This document shows, piece after piece, positions 50,741-64,000 of a stretch of DNA of 64,000 bases. The notes under the pieces were generated by a model. That model ran no database searches. It worked only from the letters and a program-made list of their open reading frames with translations, and had not been told where the DNA came from. This stretch comes from Vicugna vicugna (taxonomy: Eukaryota), in assembly GCA_013265495.1 (NCBI GenBank), contig MU059916.1:372001-436000 (forward strand), in the 5' to 3' direction. A program made the position numbers and the translations under genes. Numbering within the stretch: the stretch's first letter is position 1; the number at the start of each line of letters is the position of its first letter.

Positions 50741-52699
50741 GAGTTACTTTTATCAACACATGGTTTGAGGACTAGGTTAGAAAATTTACTTCTTTGGTAA
50801 TACATTTTAAGATATTATATTTTTTCTATGGTGACCCATCAACATATGGTGAGTTAATTTTATATTTAATGGTGTATCTGATGATACAGAATTAAATGAA
50901 ATATGAGAGCTACTTCTCATACTTGGACGTAACAAGTCATTTGGAGCACACATATTGTGTTCAGAGGAGAGTCACATGGATTTCTTGTCTCACATATGGC
51001 TAGTAGGTTTACAGAAGGAAGACAAAAATACTATGCTTTGTGGGTTAACAAGGGCATCCCCAGACAATGATCATTTCTATGTATAATTCTAAAGAAGAGA
51101 TGGACCAATCTGCATAAAATGTTCTTCCCTGGGATGAAAGAATGAAAAGCTGGCAGAGGCTGGCATCTCTGAAACAAGCAGTGGAGATGAGGCTAGGGTG
51201 CAAGATGTCTACTAGGGATGAGTTTGTGTAATAGAAAGAGGAAGGGGGAAAAAAAAGAGGAAGGAAGAAGAATTGGGAAGAAGAACGTGAACTTCTATGC
51301 CAGACTGACAAAGCACACACCAGTCTGGCACGGGTTCCAGACTAAGTGTTATCCATTTACGTCATCTGAAATGGCCATGGGCAATGGCAGGAAGTTGTGA
51401 CTTTTAGGTAAAGTGGCTGGCTCTCTGCAGTTCAGGCAGGTCCTGAAGGAGCCAGTGCTGGAGGCTGTCTGTTGACTGGACTCCCATAGCTGGCAGCAAG
51501 TCCCTTCTCAAAGGGGATCTGACTTGGCATAACCATGTTTGCCACAAAGGCACTGAAACAGTACCACCTGAAATCTGAGAACTGTAAATCCTGATCTAGT
51601 GGACCTGGTTGCGTAGACCCTAAACATTACTATCATAATAATTAATGTCTTTGGGAAGGAAAGGACATCAAGGACCCTGGGGAAAACTCACGAAGGAAGA
51701 AGGGAGAGTCTGGGCTGAGGGAGGAAGATAAATGCAAATACCAGCGGGCTTTGCTTTCAGTGGAGGTGAGCTATTTTTGGTTATGTTTAACCGTATACAA
51801 ACTCCCTAAACACAATATACTGTCAATCTTTGTAACATTATTGTTTTGAATTTAATTTACTTTATGTCTCATATTTAAAATAAATGTCTTTTAGCATTAG
51901 CTTTTCCTAATATTGAAAGAAATATATAGTACTTTAGAGCCACCACTGTTTTATATTCACACTGCAATATTCATAGCCACTTTTTCCCTTTCTACAAAAG
52001 AGCTGTTGTAAAAGTGCAAGTCTTTCCAAGTATTGCATGAAAAAGGAAAGTGTAGTGTTGTCCCTTGTTTAGTAGTGTACTTCTGTATTCTTAAAATATA
52101 TATTAATTCTGCCTAATAATACTATTGATGTCATTGAACTAACTATAGCAAAGTAAATGAAAATACATTGTCTCACTTGAGAAGCAATGGCTGAGTGTGT
52201 TATGGATGAACTGAAGGAGATGCAACCTTGGAGAAGTGCACCATGGCTGCATGTAAAGAGACCTGGACCAGCGCTCTGCGGTGGACGAGTATCCAGGAGA
52301 GAGGACCAGGCTTTGGGAGCAATGCTGCCTGCCTGGCTGGAAGTAGTGAAAGCCGTAGTAGGTAACTCACACGCTCTACTCCAGTCATCGGAAATAAGGA
52401 CGGGGCTCCTTTGAATGGACCAAATTCCCAAGATTTTTTGAACAATTAAAATATATGTGTGTGTGTATGTAAGAGGGAGCATCAAGGGAGAAAACAGACC
52501 TTTTACTAGTAAGGGAGGTGGGTCCTCAAAGAATAAACTTGAAATATTAAAGCTATATAGTATAAACTATATATTTACATAATGAGGTTGTAAAGTAGAT
52601 CAAGTTAATTACATATATGAGACGAAACAAAGTATATTGCTTCCTCTTCCTTCAGAGAAGATACCTGTGCTTTGCTTTCCTTTTTAAAAAATATTTAAC

Positions 52700-53600
52700 A
52701 ACTTTAAAAAATATTAGCTTTGGGTTCACAGTAAAGTTAAGAGAAAGGTACTGAGGTTTCTCATATACCCCTCTTCCCCCAGTGCATGCCTTGCCTCCCC
52801 AACCAGGATGACACTTTTGCTACAATCGAACCTACGATGACACATCATAATCACGCAAAGTCCACAGTTTACGCTACATTTCATTCCTGGAGTTGCACGT
52901 TCTGAGTCTGGACAAATGTGTGTTGACATGCATCCATCATTCTGGTATTGTGCAGGGTGTTTTCATTGCCCTAAAGATCCTCTGTGCTCTGCCCAGTCAT
53001 TCTTCCTCCATCATCCAGCCCTCTAGCAGTGACTGATCTTTTTACTGTGTCCGTACTTTTGTCTTTCCAACATGTCCGACAGTTGGAATCATAAAGTATG
53101 CAGCCTTTTTAGGCTGGTTTCTTTCACTCAACAATATGCATTTAAGATTCCTTCATGTCTTTTTGTGGCTTGATAGCTGAGTTCTCTGTAACAATGAGTA
53201 ACTGTCCACTGTCTGGCTGTACCGAAGTTTATTTCTGCATTTAATTACTGAAGGGCATCTTGGGTGTCCCCAAGTTTCAGCAATTACGAGTAAACCTGCT
53301 AGAAACATCCATTTGCAGGTTTTTATGCAGACACAGGTTTTCAACTATTTNNNNNNNNNNNNNNNNNNNNNNNNNNNNNNNNNNNNNNNNNNNNNNNNNN
53401 NNNNNNNNNNNNNNNNNNNNNNNNNNNNNNNNNNNNNNNNNNNNNNNNNNNNNNNNNNNNNNNNNNNNNNNNNNNNNNNNNNNNTTTCTCTACAAACTTG
53501 CCAGCATTTGGTGTTGTCAGTGTTTTGAATTTTGGTCACCCTGTGAAGTGTGTAATGCTATGTTTTAATTTGCATTTTTCTGATGACATATGATGGGGAG
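52700..53600 (-). mobile_element. LINE-1 3' end (same old L1M family as 38260-39130)
   Basis: Visible similarity to the 38260-39130 3'UTR (gggttcacagtaaagttaagagaaaggtactgagg; ttcactcaacaatatgcatttaag). Contains an N run at 53351-53484. Confidence 0.85.
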
Positions 53601-54860
53601 GTTCTGGTTTCTTCTCAGTACTATATTGGGTAAGTCCTTTCATCATTCTGGAACTACATTTTCTAAGCTTAAAAAAAAAAGGCAGTTGAACTAGATCTCA
53701 TGAATTCTTTTAATTTTCTATGACTCTTAAATACATTCCACCAGTGCTATTCATGTATGATTTCAGCCTCTTGCAATATAGAGAAAATTGGCATTTTATA
53801 TTTCTGTAAAAAAAATTAGGAACAAAAAATTAGATCCTCCCCAACTCTGCCTTCGGTTTCCTGGAAAACTGAGATGCACTGTTTATAGGGAAGACAGTCC
53901 TTTGAATCTGTGTTTCCAATTTTTTGCCGTCATGAGAACAAAACTCTAGCGAGACTTACATAATGAAGCTGAAGCCCAAAACAACAACAAAACAGGACAT
54001 CAAATAAAGCTCACAGTGATCCGTGTGGAAATTAGGCAGCTCCGTTTCTGGATTTAGACAATCTTCAGTTGTTTCTAACTGAATATTGAATAAAAGAAAC
54101 CCCAAAGAATTCACAATTACCATCCCTTAGTCAACAAATCACATTGCGGCGAGTAGGCTAAAGCCGAGCAGGGCACTAGTTTTCTCTTAAAAATTCTAGC
54201 AGCACCTTTAGCATCAAATTCCCCTTATTCTCTCCCCTTCACAAGTGATTAGTCTTTTCCTGAATTTCTCAAATTCCTGATGACCTTTACCCCATATTTC
54301 AGTGTCATTCCTCTCCCAAATGTGACTAGGANNNNNNNNNNNNNNNNNNNNNNNNNNNNNNNNNNNNNNNNNNNNNNNNNNNNNNNNNNNNNNNNNNNNN
54401 NNNNNNNNNNNNNNNNNNNNNNNNNNNNNNNNNNNNNNNNNNNNNNNNNNNNNNNNNNNNNNNNNNNNNNNNNNNNNNNNNNNNNNNNNNNNNNNNNNNN
54501 NNNNNNNNNNNCAAACTGAGTTTATTGTGTGTTTTAACTCTTTAGAGCCACCAAGTTTTTCTTATTCAAACTGCCTGTCACACAATTTGGAGTAAAAAGT
54601 ATTTAAATGAAAGTTCAGATAAGTTATTGACAACCCCGGTTAAGTAGCTCCCATGTACCAAAAAAGATAAAGTAAAATAAAATAGAAAAATGAAACAAAA
54701 TAAAATAAAATACAGGTCTTTCCAGAGGCCAGTATACACCTACCTGAGCTCCGACATGGTGCTTATAGAATTCACCACTAGCTTGGGGAAATAAAGTGTC
54801 CAGAGGAACAACTCTCAGTTACTTAATCTACCAGTCTGGCAGTCTGATCTTCCTTCCCAT

Positions 54861-55425
54861 TGATGGGGTTCAGGTTGGTCACTCCAAAATGTGCCCCTGT
54901 GGCACGGAATTATTTCGAGCTAAAATTACACAAGGTCCCAAAGACCCACGAAGAACCTTTGAACTTCCACCTGAAAGAATCTGACACAGGAGGCCTACCC
55001 CAGGAAGGGCCTGGTTAGAGGCAGCTAAAGACCGCTATCCAGAGACAACCATAGTGAAGTGTGAACTAGGTGCAGAAGACAGGGAGGACCCCAGCGAGGC
55101 TCAGTCTGATCCAAATCCTCTCTGTGTCCCATTGTCATTGGATGGCCCTGCAAACATTTGTTTATCAAACATAACTCTTTTTATCTTCCCGTGAATTCCT
55201 TTACTTCCCTTTGAAGTCCCAGACCCCTACCTCTCTCTCTTTAGTCCAGAATAATACACGCCTCACCTTGCCTTGCTGTTTTGGGGATTCTCCATAGTTA
55301 AGTGGACTCCCTGTCTCCATAAAATATATTTGATTTTTCTCCTGTTAACCTGCCTTGTTCATTTTAATTGCCCAACCACAAGAACTAAGAAGGAAAAGGG
55401 AGGAATGACCCCTTTCCTCACACCA
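54861..55425 (+). mobile_element. ERV solo LTR (MER34/ERV1-like)
   Basis: Begins TGATGGGGTTCAGGTTGGTCACTCCAAAATGTGCCCCTGTGGCAC, similar to the 21107-21656 element, and ends in CA. 5-bp flanks are CCCAT and CCCAC. Confidence 0.75.
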
Positions 55426-58400
55426 CCCACAATTCTTTCAAATAAAGCAAAAGTAAGTCAGAACTATGACACTGTTTTAAAATTCTACTCCGGCATAGCT
55501 CTTCAAAAACACATTCACTGAATAAAAGGAACTCCTTTGATTTGGCCATTCATATTTCTGCAAATATATTGTAAATCAGTGGTAGTCTTCAAACAAATCT
55601 TATTCCTCTGTACATGTCTAGACTTTTGCATATAATAGCAGTCCCATCTTGTGCATTTATAAAATTATTCAAGTAAAATGCAACTGCTTTTGTATTCAGG
55701 AAAAACCACAATTTTTCGATACAGTGATATTGTTTCCTGAATTAAATGTCTCAAAATTTGTTTTTTTAAATTTTTTGTAGAGTTTAAGATAAACTAATTT
55801 AACTTTTGTCTAAAGTAATTGCTTGAGTATCCTGTGTGCCAAGACAACTTTTGGTCTCATGGATTCATTTTTTTTTAAATTGATATAAAAAAAGACAAAA
55901 GGATTGGCAATTACCTTAATTCAATCTCAAGAATTATTAAAACCAGTGGTTTCTAATGTTATCAAACAACTGTTTATCCAGGAGTAGCCAACCCAAAATG
56001 CTCGCATAAAATTTATGGAGTACTCTTCCAATGTCAGGGGAAACATTTTCTAAAATTTCCAGCACCTTCTTGTCTTCAGCACAAAGAACTCAGCAGTGAG
56101 ACGTGGACTTGGAGACTCCACTGCTCAGATGAACAAGATAAGGCACTGGAATGAAAGGTGAACAATGTTGGCAACTCTTAAAATATAGTGAAAAAAAAAA
56201 TCAGTGATTTGTATAGCTAGAGCACCGAATGGGTTTTACAGAGAGAAGCAGAGGGAGGCAGTAGAGGAACATGCTCTCATGTATTCAGATAAGGGAGGAG
56301 TCATTTCTGGGGTTGCTAAGGAAAAGGACAGATCTCTAATTTTATTGGTTTGATTTGCAAAATAGCCAGTACATAATCTTCTTGACATAAAACGTTGACT
56401 GAACCTCAAGCAAAGTTACGTGGAAAGAAGAAAGACAGTTACGTTCCCACACATTCCTACCACGTTATACAAACATCCACCTGTTCGCTGTAGTACCTGG
56501 CCAAGTGTGCGTTCTCATGCACAGAGTTTAATGGAGGGCGGGGAGAAACTGATCTCTCCTTCATTAGTTTGTGTGTAAGTCCCCGGTAGTTCCCTGACAA
56601 ATACATGAAGTCATTTTTCAATCAGACCACTGTCAGCACTCTGTACTCACTCGTGCGCTTTCCTAGGTTGGATAATTAAACTGCCGTTGATTTATCTGAT
56701 GGAGACAGTCCAAGAAAAATCAAACCCAACAACTGAGTTTTATCTATGATTTCATTACTTTTTAAAGTGCGACAACTTAGCCAGGTGATTTTGATTATAG
56801 CTGATACTTGAGCACACATTTCCTGTTTCATTGTTGCACCCAGATAAAGATACTGGATTGTGGCTAGTTCAGTCTTTACTCCTTTTGTTGTGGAGGTTTA
56901 TTTGGTTAATTTCGGTTTTCATCTTCCCTTATCCTGAAAAATAAATCTCCAGAGAGCCATTATGTACAGAAGCGAATCTCATCAACTACTCTCATCCATG
57001 CCACTGAAGTTACCTGAAAAATACTGAGTCTCATGTCCCAAGACTTCTCATTTTGTCAATTATCTAAAATACTAAACTCATAGCAAATGCTATCTTTTAA
57101 TTCTGACTAGCGGGTTTCAAAGATCTTAGTGTTTAGCCGTGTAAATGACCGTAACAAGGGAACTCAATTCTTCATGTTACACACAATTGATACCAAATTA
57201 GTCCAGTGATCCTGAAGTTCCAGCTTTTCTACTTAGGGGAGATACAAGCTTATACCTCTTTTCTGCATCTCTTTATTAGGAGCTGAAAATAGCAACATAA
57301 GATTATGCCAGTAACAGCAATAATTCAGAAAGCTGATTTTAACCCTGAAAACTGTATCTGAAAAAAAAAAAGGGACGAAACCTGGGTGGAAAATGATTTC
57401 TAATTTGCCTTGGCAAATAGATTGATTTTTTTCCCCTAGAAATGGCAAAACCTTACACCATTACCCAGTGATACAGATTTCCAAGTAAGCAACAGTCTAA
57501 CAGGAGCTAATTTCTCTACTTAAAAAAAAAAAAAAAAGCGAAAAATAAGGGGCAAGCATATGTTTTTGCATTTTTGGCACAGAGAACTGATGCTGGAAAG
57601 CTCTGGCTTTCAGACATTTTCCCAGCGACTTCTGTGCTGTTCCCAATCTGCATGTTTCCACCATGTGTATCTCCCTGGTGTGAAAATGATTAATAGCAGC
57701 GTGAATCTGTCACTGAGAGTTACAGTGACTAGGATTTAGGGGGACTTCTGCCGATTTTTGTTGATGCTGTACTGTGCCCATTCACTCCTTCAAATGTGAC
57801 CCAGGTCTGGAAATGATGTGGTTTGATGCGTCAAGGTCCTCGGGGACAGAGAGCTCTTTTTGAGGAAAAATAAAAACACAATTTCTACCCCTTAGTTGTC
57901 CTCAAACAAAGAATGAACAGGTCAGGGGGATTAAAATGTCTCTCCATATGACAGTGAATATCTACAGAGCTAAATCTGAGGAAAAGAACGGAAAATGTGA
58001 GAAAACTATGCAGCAACAGCTTAAATGCTCATAGCTATGTCTTCTGTTTTCGTAACACTGTTCTTTGACAAAATACATACCACTTCAAATCCCTTGAGTT
58101 TAGGGAGCTTTAAATGTTTCTTCCATCATATATTATTATTTATATGTAAAAATACATGTCAGTGCTGTATGCTAAGAGGAGGAGTTAGCTTAGACTGTAG
58201 TGGTATTGACACCCGGTGTTGAGAAGTAAGTGGTAGGTCATTATGTTCTAACGTCTTCTTGTAACTAAACAAAGATATCTAAATACTTGAATTTAATTTT
58301 GTAGTAAATGTGCACCAAGTCCATCTGATTTGGTTAAATAAATCACTATATATAGTTAAACACATACTTAAATTTACTGAAATTTTAATACTTACAGTTA

Positions 58401-58534
58401 GTTGTTTGCTTAAATCAATATAGTTGCTTTGCTTTATTATTGAGATTTATATTATTAAAAAAAAATAAAAGGGGGAAAGGTGCTGTATTTCTTACCAGAT
58501 AAACACTTTCTTTAATTCCTGAAAATGTTTCTGT

Positions 58535-59040
58535 AAAAACACAGTATAGCTAGGCTACCATGAAGCTGTTGTAGTAATTACACTAGGCTACTATAAACAA
58601 TCTTACTGGGGCCTCTTTGTTATCAATGCATGAATCATGATACCTGTAAATAAATACGAATTTTTTCATGTTATCTTTTCATTTTTCATGTCTTGTGCTG
58701 GTAATAAGTGTAACATCTACAGTGCTTTGTTTCATATAAGACAATACTGAAGTAGATACTGACAGACCATTCATCTTATAAGCAGATGATGTAAACTTAC
58801 AGTATCTACACATACAGCTCAGCACTATAAATGCATTTTCTCTTCCTTACGATTTTCTTAACATTTTCTCTTCTCTAGCTTACTTTATTGTAAGAATACA
58901 GTACATAATACGTGTAACATATAAACTACGTATTAACCGACTGTTTTTTGGTAAGGCTTCCGGTGAACAGTAGGCTATTAGTTAAGCTTTGGAGGAGTCA
59001 AAAGTTAGACATGGATTTTCAACTGTTCAAGAATCAACTG
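58535..59040. mobile_element. TcMar-Tigger DNA transposon remnant (Tigger2/MER8-like end)
   Basis: Terminal sequence gtaggctattagttaagctttggaggagtcaaaagttagacatggattttcaactg-ttcaagaatCAACTG followed by TA (59041-59042). The left boundary is approximate. Confidence 0.75.
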
Positions 59041-61434
59041 TACTCTCATTTTTTAAAAAAAAAAATCTGTCATTGTAGGATATGGTGGCATGACCAATTT
59101 CAGCTGTGGTTCAAGGAAGAGAATAGCTACTTTTGATTTAGAGAAGCCAAAAATATTGAAATGGCATATTTTGTTTTGAGTAGAAGTATTTTCATCTTAT
59201 TTGAAAATGAAAAATTATAATAGTTATAATTCACACTAGTGACCTTGTGCATATTGAGCCCAACTCAATTAGAGTCTGGGGTCTAAACATGGTGTCTTTT
59301 AACAGCTTCTCAACCCGAGTTCAGAACCACTGACCTAGCTCAACTGTTACTTTTTTCTTTCTTTGCATATTCCCTCTACCCACAAGCTGACATAACATTA
59401 GCAGCTTCTCTGTGATAATAGCATTTTGCATATAAATCTTTTCCATGGTGCCTGTCATATTCCACACTGTATTAGAATTGCTTATGTGCTTGTAGGATTT
59501 CACTTACTAGACTGTTAGACCATTCAGGTCATGGACAGTCACTGTTTGTATCTGACATAATTTGTTTGTAAATATGAAGATTTAGGCAGACAAAGGGATA
59601 ATCACCCATATTAAAATTTAAGGAAATCTAAGTATGTGTTTTAAAAAACTTAGATGATTTCAGTTGGCCAAATCCAAACATATGTGTGTGGACTTCAAAG
59701 AAAATAAACGTGAGGCTGGGGGCCAAGTTCATGTCATGACTCCATGTACAGCAATAAGCATAGCACATTGAGGAGATCTGTGAAGACCACGTGGGTTTCT
59801 GATCATGGGAGCCTGGTGCCTGTGAACAGGATGCCAGGACTTGGGGCCCACCTCTGCTGGCTCATGTCAGTTTTGTTCCAAAGTTTATGGTCCTGAAGAC
59901 CATGTAATACGCAGCATGCATGCAGTAATACTCAGCATGCAGGATAAACAGGGTGCCACTTGGATATTCAGGTGTCCTGTGCAGGAATGTAGATCAAGCA
60001 ACTACCATCTAATTTCTCTCTTACCTTCATAGACAGTGGGAGATTGGTAAGGAGCTAAGGTAAGGAAGGAGGCTATTTTCAATGAAGCCACATTGGAAGT
60101 GGGACAGGAAGGAAATGACTTGGGTGCAGATGTCAAGTCTCACAAGGTCAGATCTGGGCAGGAAATTTACAGCACAGTGTGTTGCCAAGTCATTTCTTGT
60201 AGATATTTTCTCTTCATCTGTTTTTTTAATGAGATGCTCCCTCAAGTTATTTTCAGGTACCTCTTTCCCTCATGCTTTAATTTCTGCGTTCTTATCCAGC
60301 TAAGAAATCCTCTGCCTCCAGCAGAACACAATACCAATGATCCTGCTAATGTCACACAGACCCCTAAATCACATGTGCTTTGGGGTGAAAGTGGAGTATA
60401 GAGCTTATAAAATTATCTTCATTAGGAAAAAAAAAAAAGAACATGACGTATCACCTTTTTTCCTTGCTCTGGTTAAATTCCACAGACTACTAACAATGAC
60501 ACTTCAACGTGGGAGTATTTGCAGGCACGATTTTTTCCCCCTTAATGCCTGGTTGTTATTTACTATTTACGCATAGTTGGGGATATAAAGGGTGGTAATT
60601 CAAATACACTAAATCCTTCAGAGTGAGTTCAAATAACTTAGTGCTTTAACCAGAGCTCCACAGGAGGAGACTGGTAGAGCAGGGCCATAGAACATTGCCC
60701 CTGGTTTTATTAAGAAATGGAAAATAAGAATATTAGCAGAAGTGGTTTTATGTTAGGCAAATTTTTCTCCAATTTACCATTAAGTCTACAAAGTGATATA
60801 TTTTATGAAGGTGAAATAATTTAAATGTAATTCTAAGTTCTTTTATTCTTGTACTTAAAAAAGAGAGACATTATATAGGTTAGGGGCAAAAGTGAGTTCT
60901 CAAAATAAGATAAACATGAATGTTTTAATTAATATATGAGCCTAGTACAGGGCTAATAATTTACTGTAATTACATGGCTTTTGGTTTCTTGAATCCTTTC
61001 TTCCATCATTTCAGTGAAAGGCAGAATTTACCATTATGGAAAAATACAATAATTTCCTATATTTCCATAGCTAATTTCTTCTATTATACAAAACTTAGCT
61101 TTCATGGCTCAAAGTATTAATTTTATCTATTAAGGAAGTTTTAACTATGGATTATTATGAGAATTCTTTCCTTTGCTCAATGTCTATAGACCCAGGGAAG
61201 TTTAAAACATCAGGGATCATATTCCTCTATGCTACTTTTAGAGTTTCTGCATATTACGATTATACTTCAAGCAGTTATATTACCATGAGCCCATGACAAA
61301 TTCACATCAATTAAATGTTCCATTTTTTCAGATTAAAATTCTATAAATTCTTTTTCACTTTACCAGTAATTTGGAGCTCATATTTTAAATCATTCCATTT
61401 CTCTGACTTCTTTTTTTCTTCCTCACCCTCTCAA

Positions 61435-61512
61435 GTGTCAAGAATGTACCAAAGTGTTCTGACCCTCTCAATTGTCTAAAAGTCCAGCTGTGTCAAGAAT
61501 GTACCAAAGTGT
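61435..61512 (+). repeat. 23-bp perfect direct repeat
   Basis: GTGTCAAGAATGTACCAAAGTGT at 61435-61457 and 61490-61512. Confidence 0.95.
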
Positions 61513-61667
61513 ACTGAACGAATGTCCGACCGGCCTTCTTTGCCATTTAGTTTGATAAAATTGAATTTGCCAGGTGCCTTCCTTGTGGAGTGAGTGGTGT
61601 TTTTTCTCTGCTCTTTCACTTCTTCTCACTCTCACTCTGACACTCTCTCATCCTCCTCTCCCTCCAG

Positions 61668-61704
61668 CGATTTTAGGAGCCACTTTTTCAGGCTCAAGAT
61701 GTCG
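61668..61704 (+). other. Candidate 37-nt exon (possible 5'UTR/start-codon exon ending ATG TCG) of an unidentified gene
   Basis: A ~65-nt pyrimidine tract with branch-like CTGAC (A at 61640), acceptor CTCCAG|C, and donor TCG|GTAAGC. AAGATGT context at 61696-61702. CpG-enriched surroundings. Confidence 0.4.
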
Positions 61705-63149
61705 GTAAGCTGTAGAAAGTATGCAAAATAGAGCCGGGTCTCGACCGTCAGCGTGTCTGGTTTGATTCCTTCCTCATCCCAGCGGGTTTTGTCGCTGGCT
61801 CTTTTCCTTAGCTAGTTAAACGCTCTAAGGTTATAGAATTAGGGATATGACGTTGATGAACTCCAGACGAAGAAACAAAAAATGTGTATCTTTTTTTCTT
61901 TTTTAAAAGTGACACATCCTTGCTTCTTATTTATCTTGAATCAGTTCTCTAAGGGTTATAATGATGGAGAGAACCCTAAATCACGAGGTGTATCTTTACG
62001 GAATATTTGAGCCCTGGAGGATACAGAGGCTCCACCTCAGGTCCTCTGGTGCCCTGCCCGCTCCTCCAGCCAGGCACACTGGAAGGGCAGGTGAAGAGCC
62101 AGAGATGCTTTCTCCAGCTGCTGTTCACCTGCCACTGGAGAGGAAAGATGATCTTGAAATAAAAGGATGTTATACCTTGAAAAAGATCATCTAAATAGCA
62201 CAATAAGCGAGGCCATTACTCCCATCACGTTTTCACTCCCATCACCACCCTTCCGAGGTTACGCTCTCAGCTGACTATTCTGCCTCCTTTCATTCCCTTT
62301 CACATCTGCATTCTACTCCTGTGCTTCAAATCAGCTAATCAGCTGCCTTATTTTCTGCCTGTGCTTTGCCTCACCCGTGGACGCTTTGCTCATTTCCCAT
62401 TTCTATTTTCTGACCATTCTTACCATTCCTTAATGCCTCTGATATCACTTTGACTATGAAACACTCACACTCACACACATACACAATGTGAGCACACACA
62501 CACGTTCATTTATTTAAAGTCTAGAAGTACAGACAAGAATTTTCTTCACTCCCGTAACTTTCCATTTCTCCTTTTCATTTATTCTCTATGAATACCATGG
62601 TTTTAGGGCAGTTATGTTCTATTATTTTTTATGTAAACTGTGGAGTTTCAGAAAATCAGGGTTTTTATAGCAGATTAAATTGTGCCCTAAGGGCAGAACT
62701 GCATGTCTATAAATGGAGCACGGGACTGTTACTAATATTCATGAGAACTTTTCCAGAATGGCCAGATGGCAAAGATGTTTCTCTTGTTCTCTTTTTATGG
62801 TCCTCCCCTCTGTACTTTTGAATCCAGACAGTTCCATGAACAGTGGCTCTCAGATTCTGGACCTGCCCAGATTTCGGTATCTCTTCACCAGGGTGTAGAA
62901 CCCTGGCTGTACCCTGGCTCTGCTCTGATGTCATTAATTGGGTTTCTGGTATCATAATGTTTCCAGCATTATGACCCTTGATGTTTTCTCGCATTGTACT
63001 TTGGATAATTTACAAATAGGTTCAACTGCCCAAGGAGAAAAACAAAAATAACCATCATTTCATAAACGAAGTCCAGGAACAAGCAATCCAGGGTTGGCAT
63101 GGAAGCTTTATGAAATTGCCAGAGGCAGGGCATCTTTTACTTTCTACTG

Positions 63150-63440
63150 TGTTATCTTTAGCACATCCTCAAAGTTGCTGCATGTACCAATATGGCTGCT
63201 TGAACACCATGCATCACATCAGCATTCTATGATGCAGGGAAGAGGTAATAAGGGAGGCAAGGGGCATGCCTGCCAGCTCAGTCAGCTCTTTTTGAGTAAC
63301 CGGCCTGAAGTTCTGTCACGCATCCATGTACCTCTCGTCTGGAGGGCTGGGAAAACCTCCTGGCTAAATGCACTGTGGTTATGTTTCTTTACTAGGGGAA
63401 GAAAGGGGAGATTAGATAATAGATGGCAGCAAGAATTCTC
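63150..63440. mobile_element. Old MaLR LTR (MLT1J/K-like) fragment
   Basis: aatatggctgct...catcacatc..cattc...gcagggaagagg..agggaggcaaggggcatgcc pattern. Highly diverged. Confidence 0.5.
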
Positions 63441-64000
63441 TGACATAGTATATTTTTATTTCGGGGCTGGCTAATTATGCCACAAAGAAATAAAGGAATG
63501 AGATTTGCACACATTTCCCTACTAATGGGAGAAACAGACTACATTTTCTTCATTCCTTTTTGAGACCAAAGTTGGTCCCCACAAAGCATATTTTCAGGGA
63601 CTAAATCCTTTTAGAAATACAGTTTAGTTTCCTTCAAAAATCTTTCATTTATATTGCAGCTTTTTTATCTTTATCTTTTTTTTTTTTAAGAGAAAGTCTC
63701 TGAATTTCATTTCATTTCATTTTAACAACTTGTAAATTGACTCCTAAGTCTCTCACATGAATGGGGCTGCCGCAAGTTCAGATCAGTCTGAGGGTGTGGA
63801 TTCTGCAGTGTTCCAGCCTGTGTCTTATCTTGAGAACTCCCCTACTGAAGTCTTTGCCGTGAAGAAAGGGTCTCCAGGGGCTGCAGGGCAGATGTACAGG
63901 GGTTGCCCACCCTTCATTCTCCAAAGCCTGAAATAAGACTTCCTATAAGCCACTCACGGGAGTGAGACAGAGGGAGATGGATTGCTCCTATTTGGTCTGG

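Noticed and set aside
52187-52485. Overlapping 75-138 aa ORFs and a partial REST/NRSE-like motif
   Set aside because: No homology and no coherent splice pair. The motif match to RE1 is poor.
39019-54519. ORFs containing X runs
   Set aside because: Artefacts of translating through N runs.
1-64000. CRISPR arrays, operons, rRNA/tRNA/snRNA genes, NUMTs
   Set aside because: None seen. The sequence is mammalian, and the only tRNA-like sequence is the SINE head.

Overview
This is eukaryotic, AT-rich mammalian genomic DNA, most likely camelid (Camelus/Vicugna). That assignment rests on a tRNA-derived SINE at 28298-28421 and young L1 3' ends whose sequences I recall from camelid genomes. I recognise no protein-coding gene. 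The six-frame ORFs are chance ORFs, N-run artefacts or decayed LINE-1 ORF1/ORF2 remnants. The window looks like a large intron or intergenic region filled with interspersed repeats: L1, L2, MIR, ERV/MaLR solo LTRs, Tigger and MER5. The most informative non-routine features are: (i) a composite templated insertion at 8561-8812, copied from two donors 1.7-2.3 kb upstream, joined by 3-nt microhomology and capped by perfect palindromes; (ii) several other short local duplications; (iii) a ~160-bp LTR-like sequence that appears retroposed with an A-rich tail and a target-site duplication (TSD); (iv) a CpG-enriched locus near 61.6-61.9 kb with a strongly signalled 37-nt exon candidate ending in ATG TCG|GTAAGC; and (v) a strong CTCF motif. 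Repeat subfamily names come from my recall of consensus sequences, not from a database search, and repeat boundaries without TSDs are approximate.
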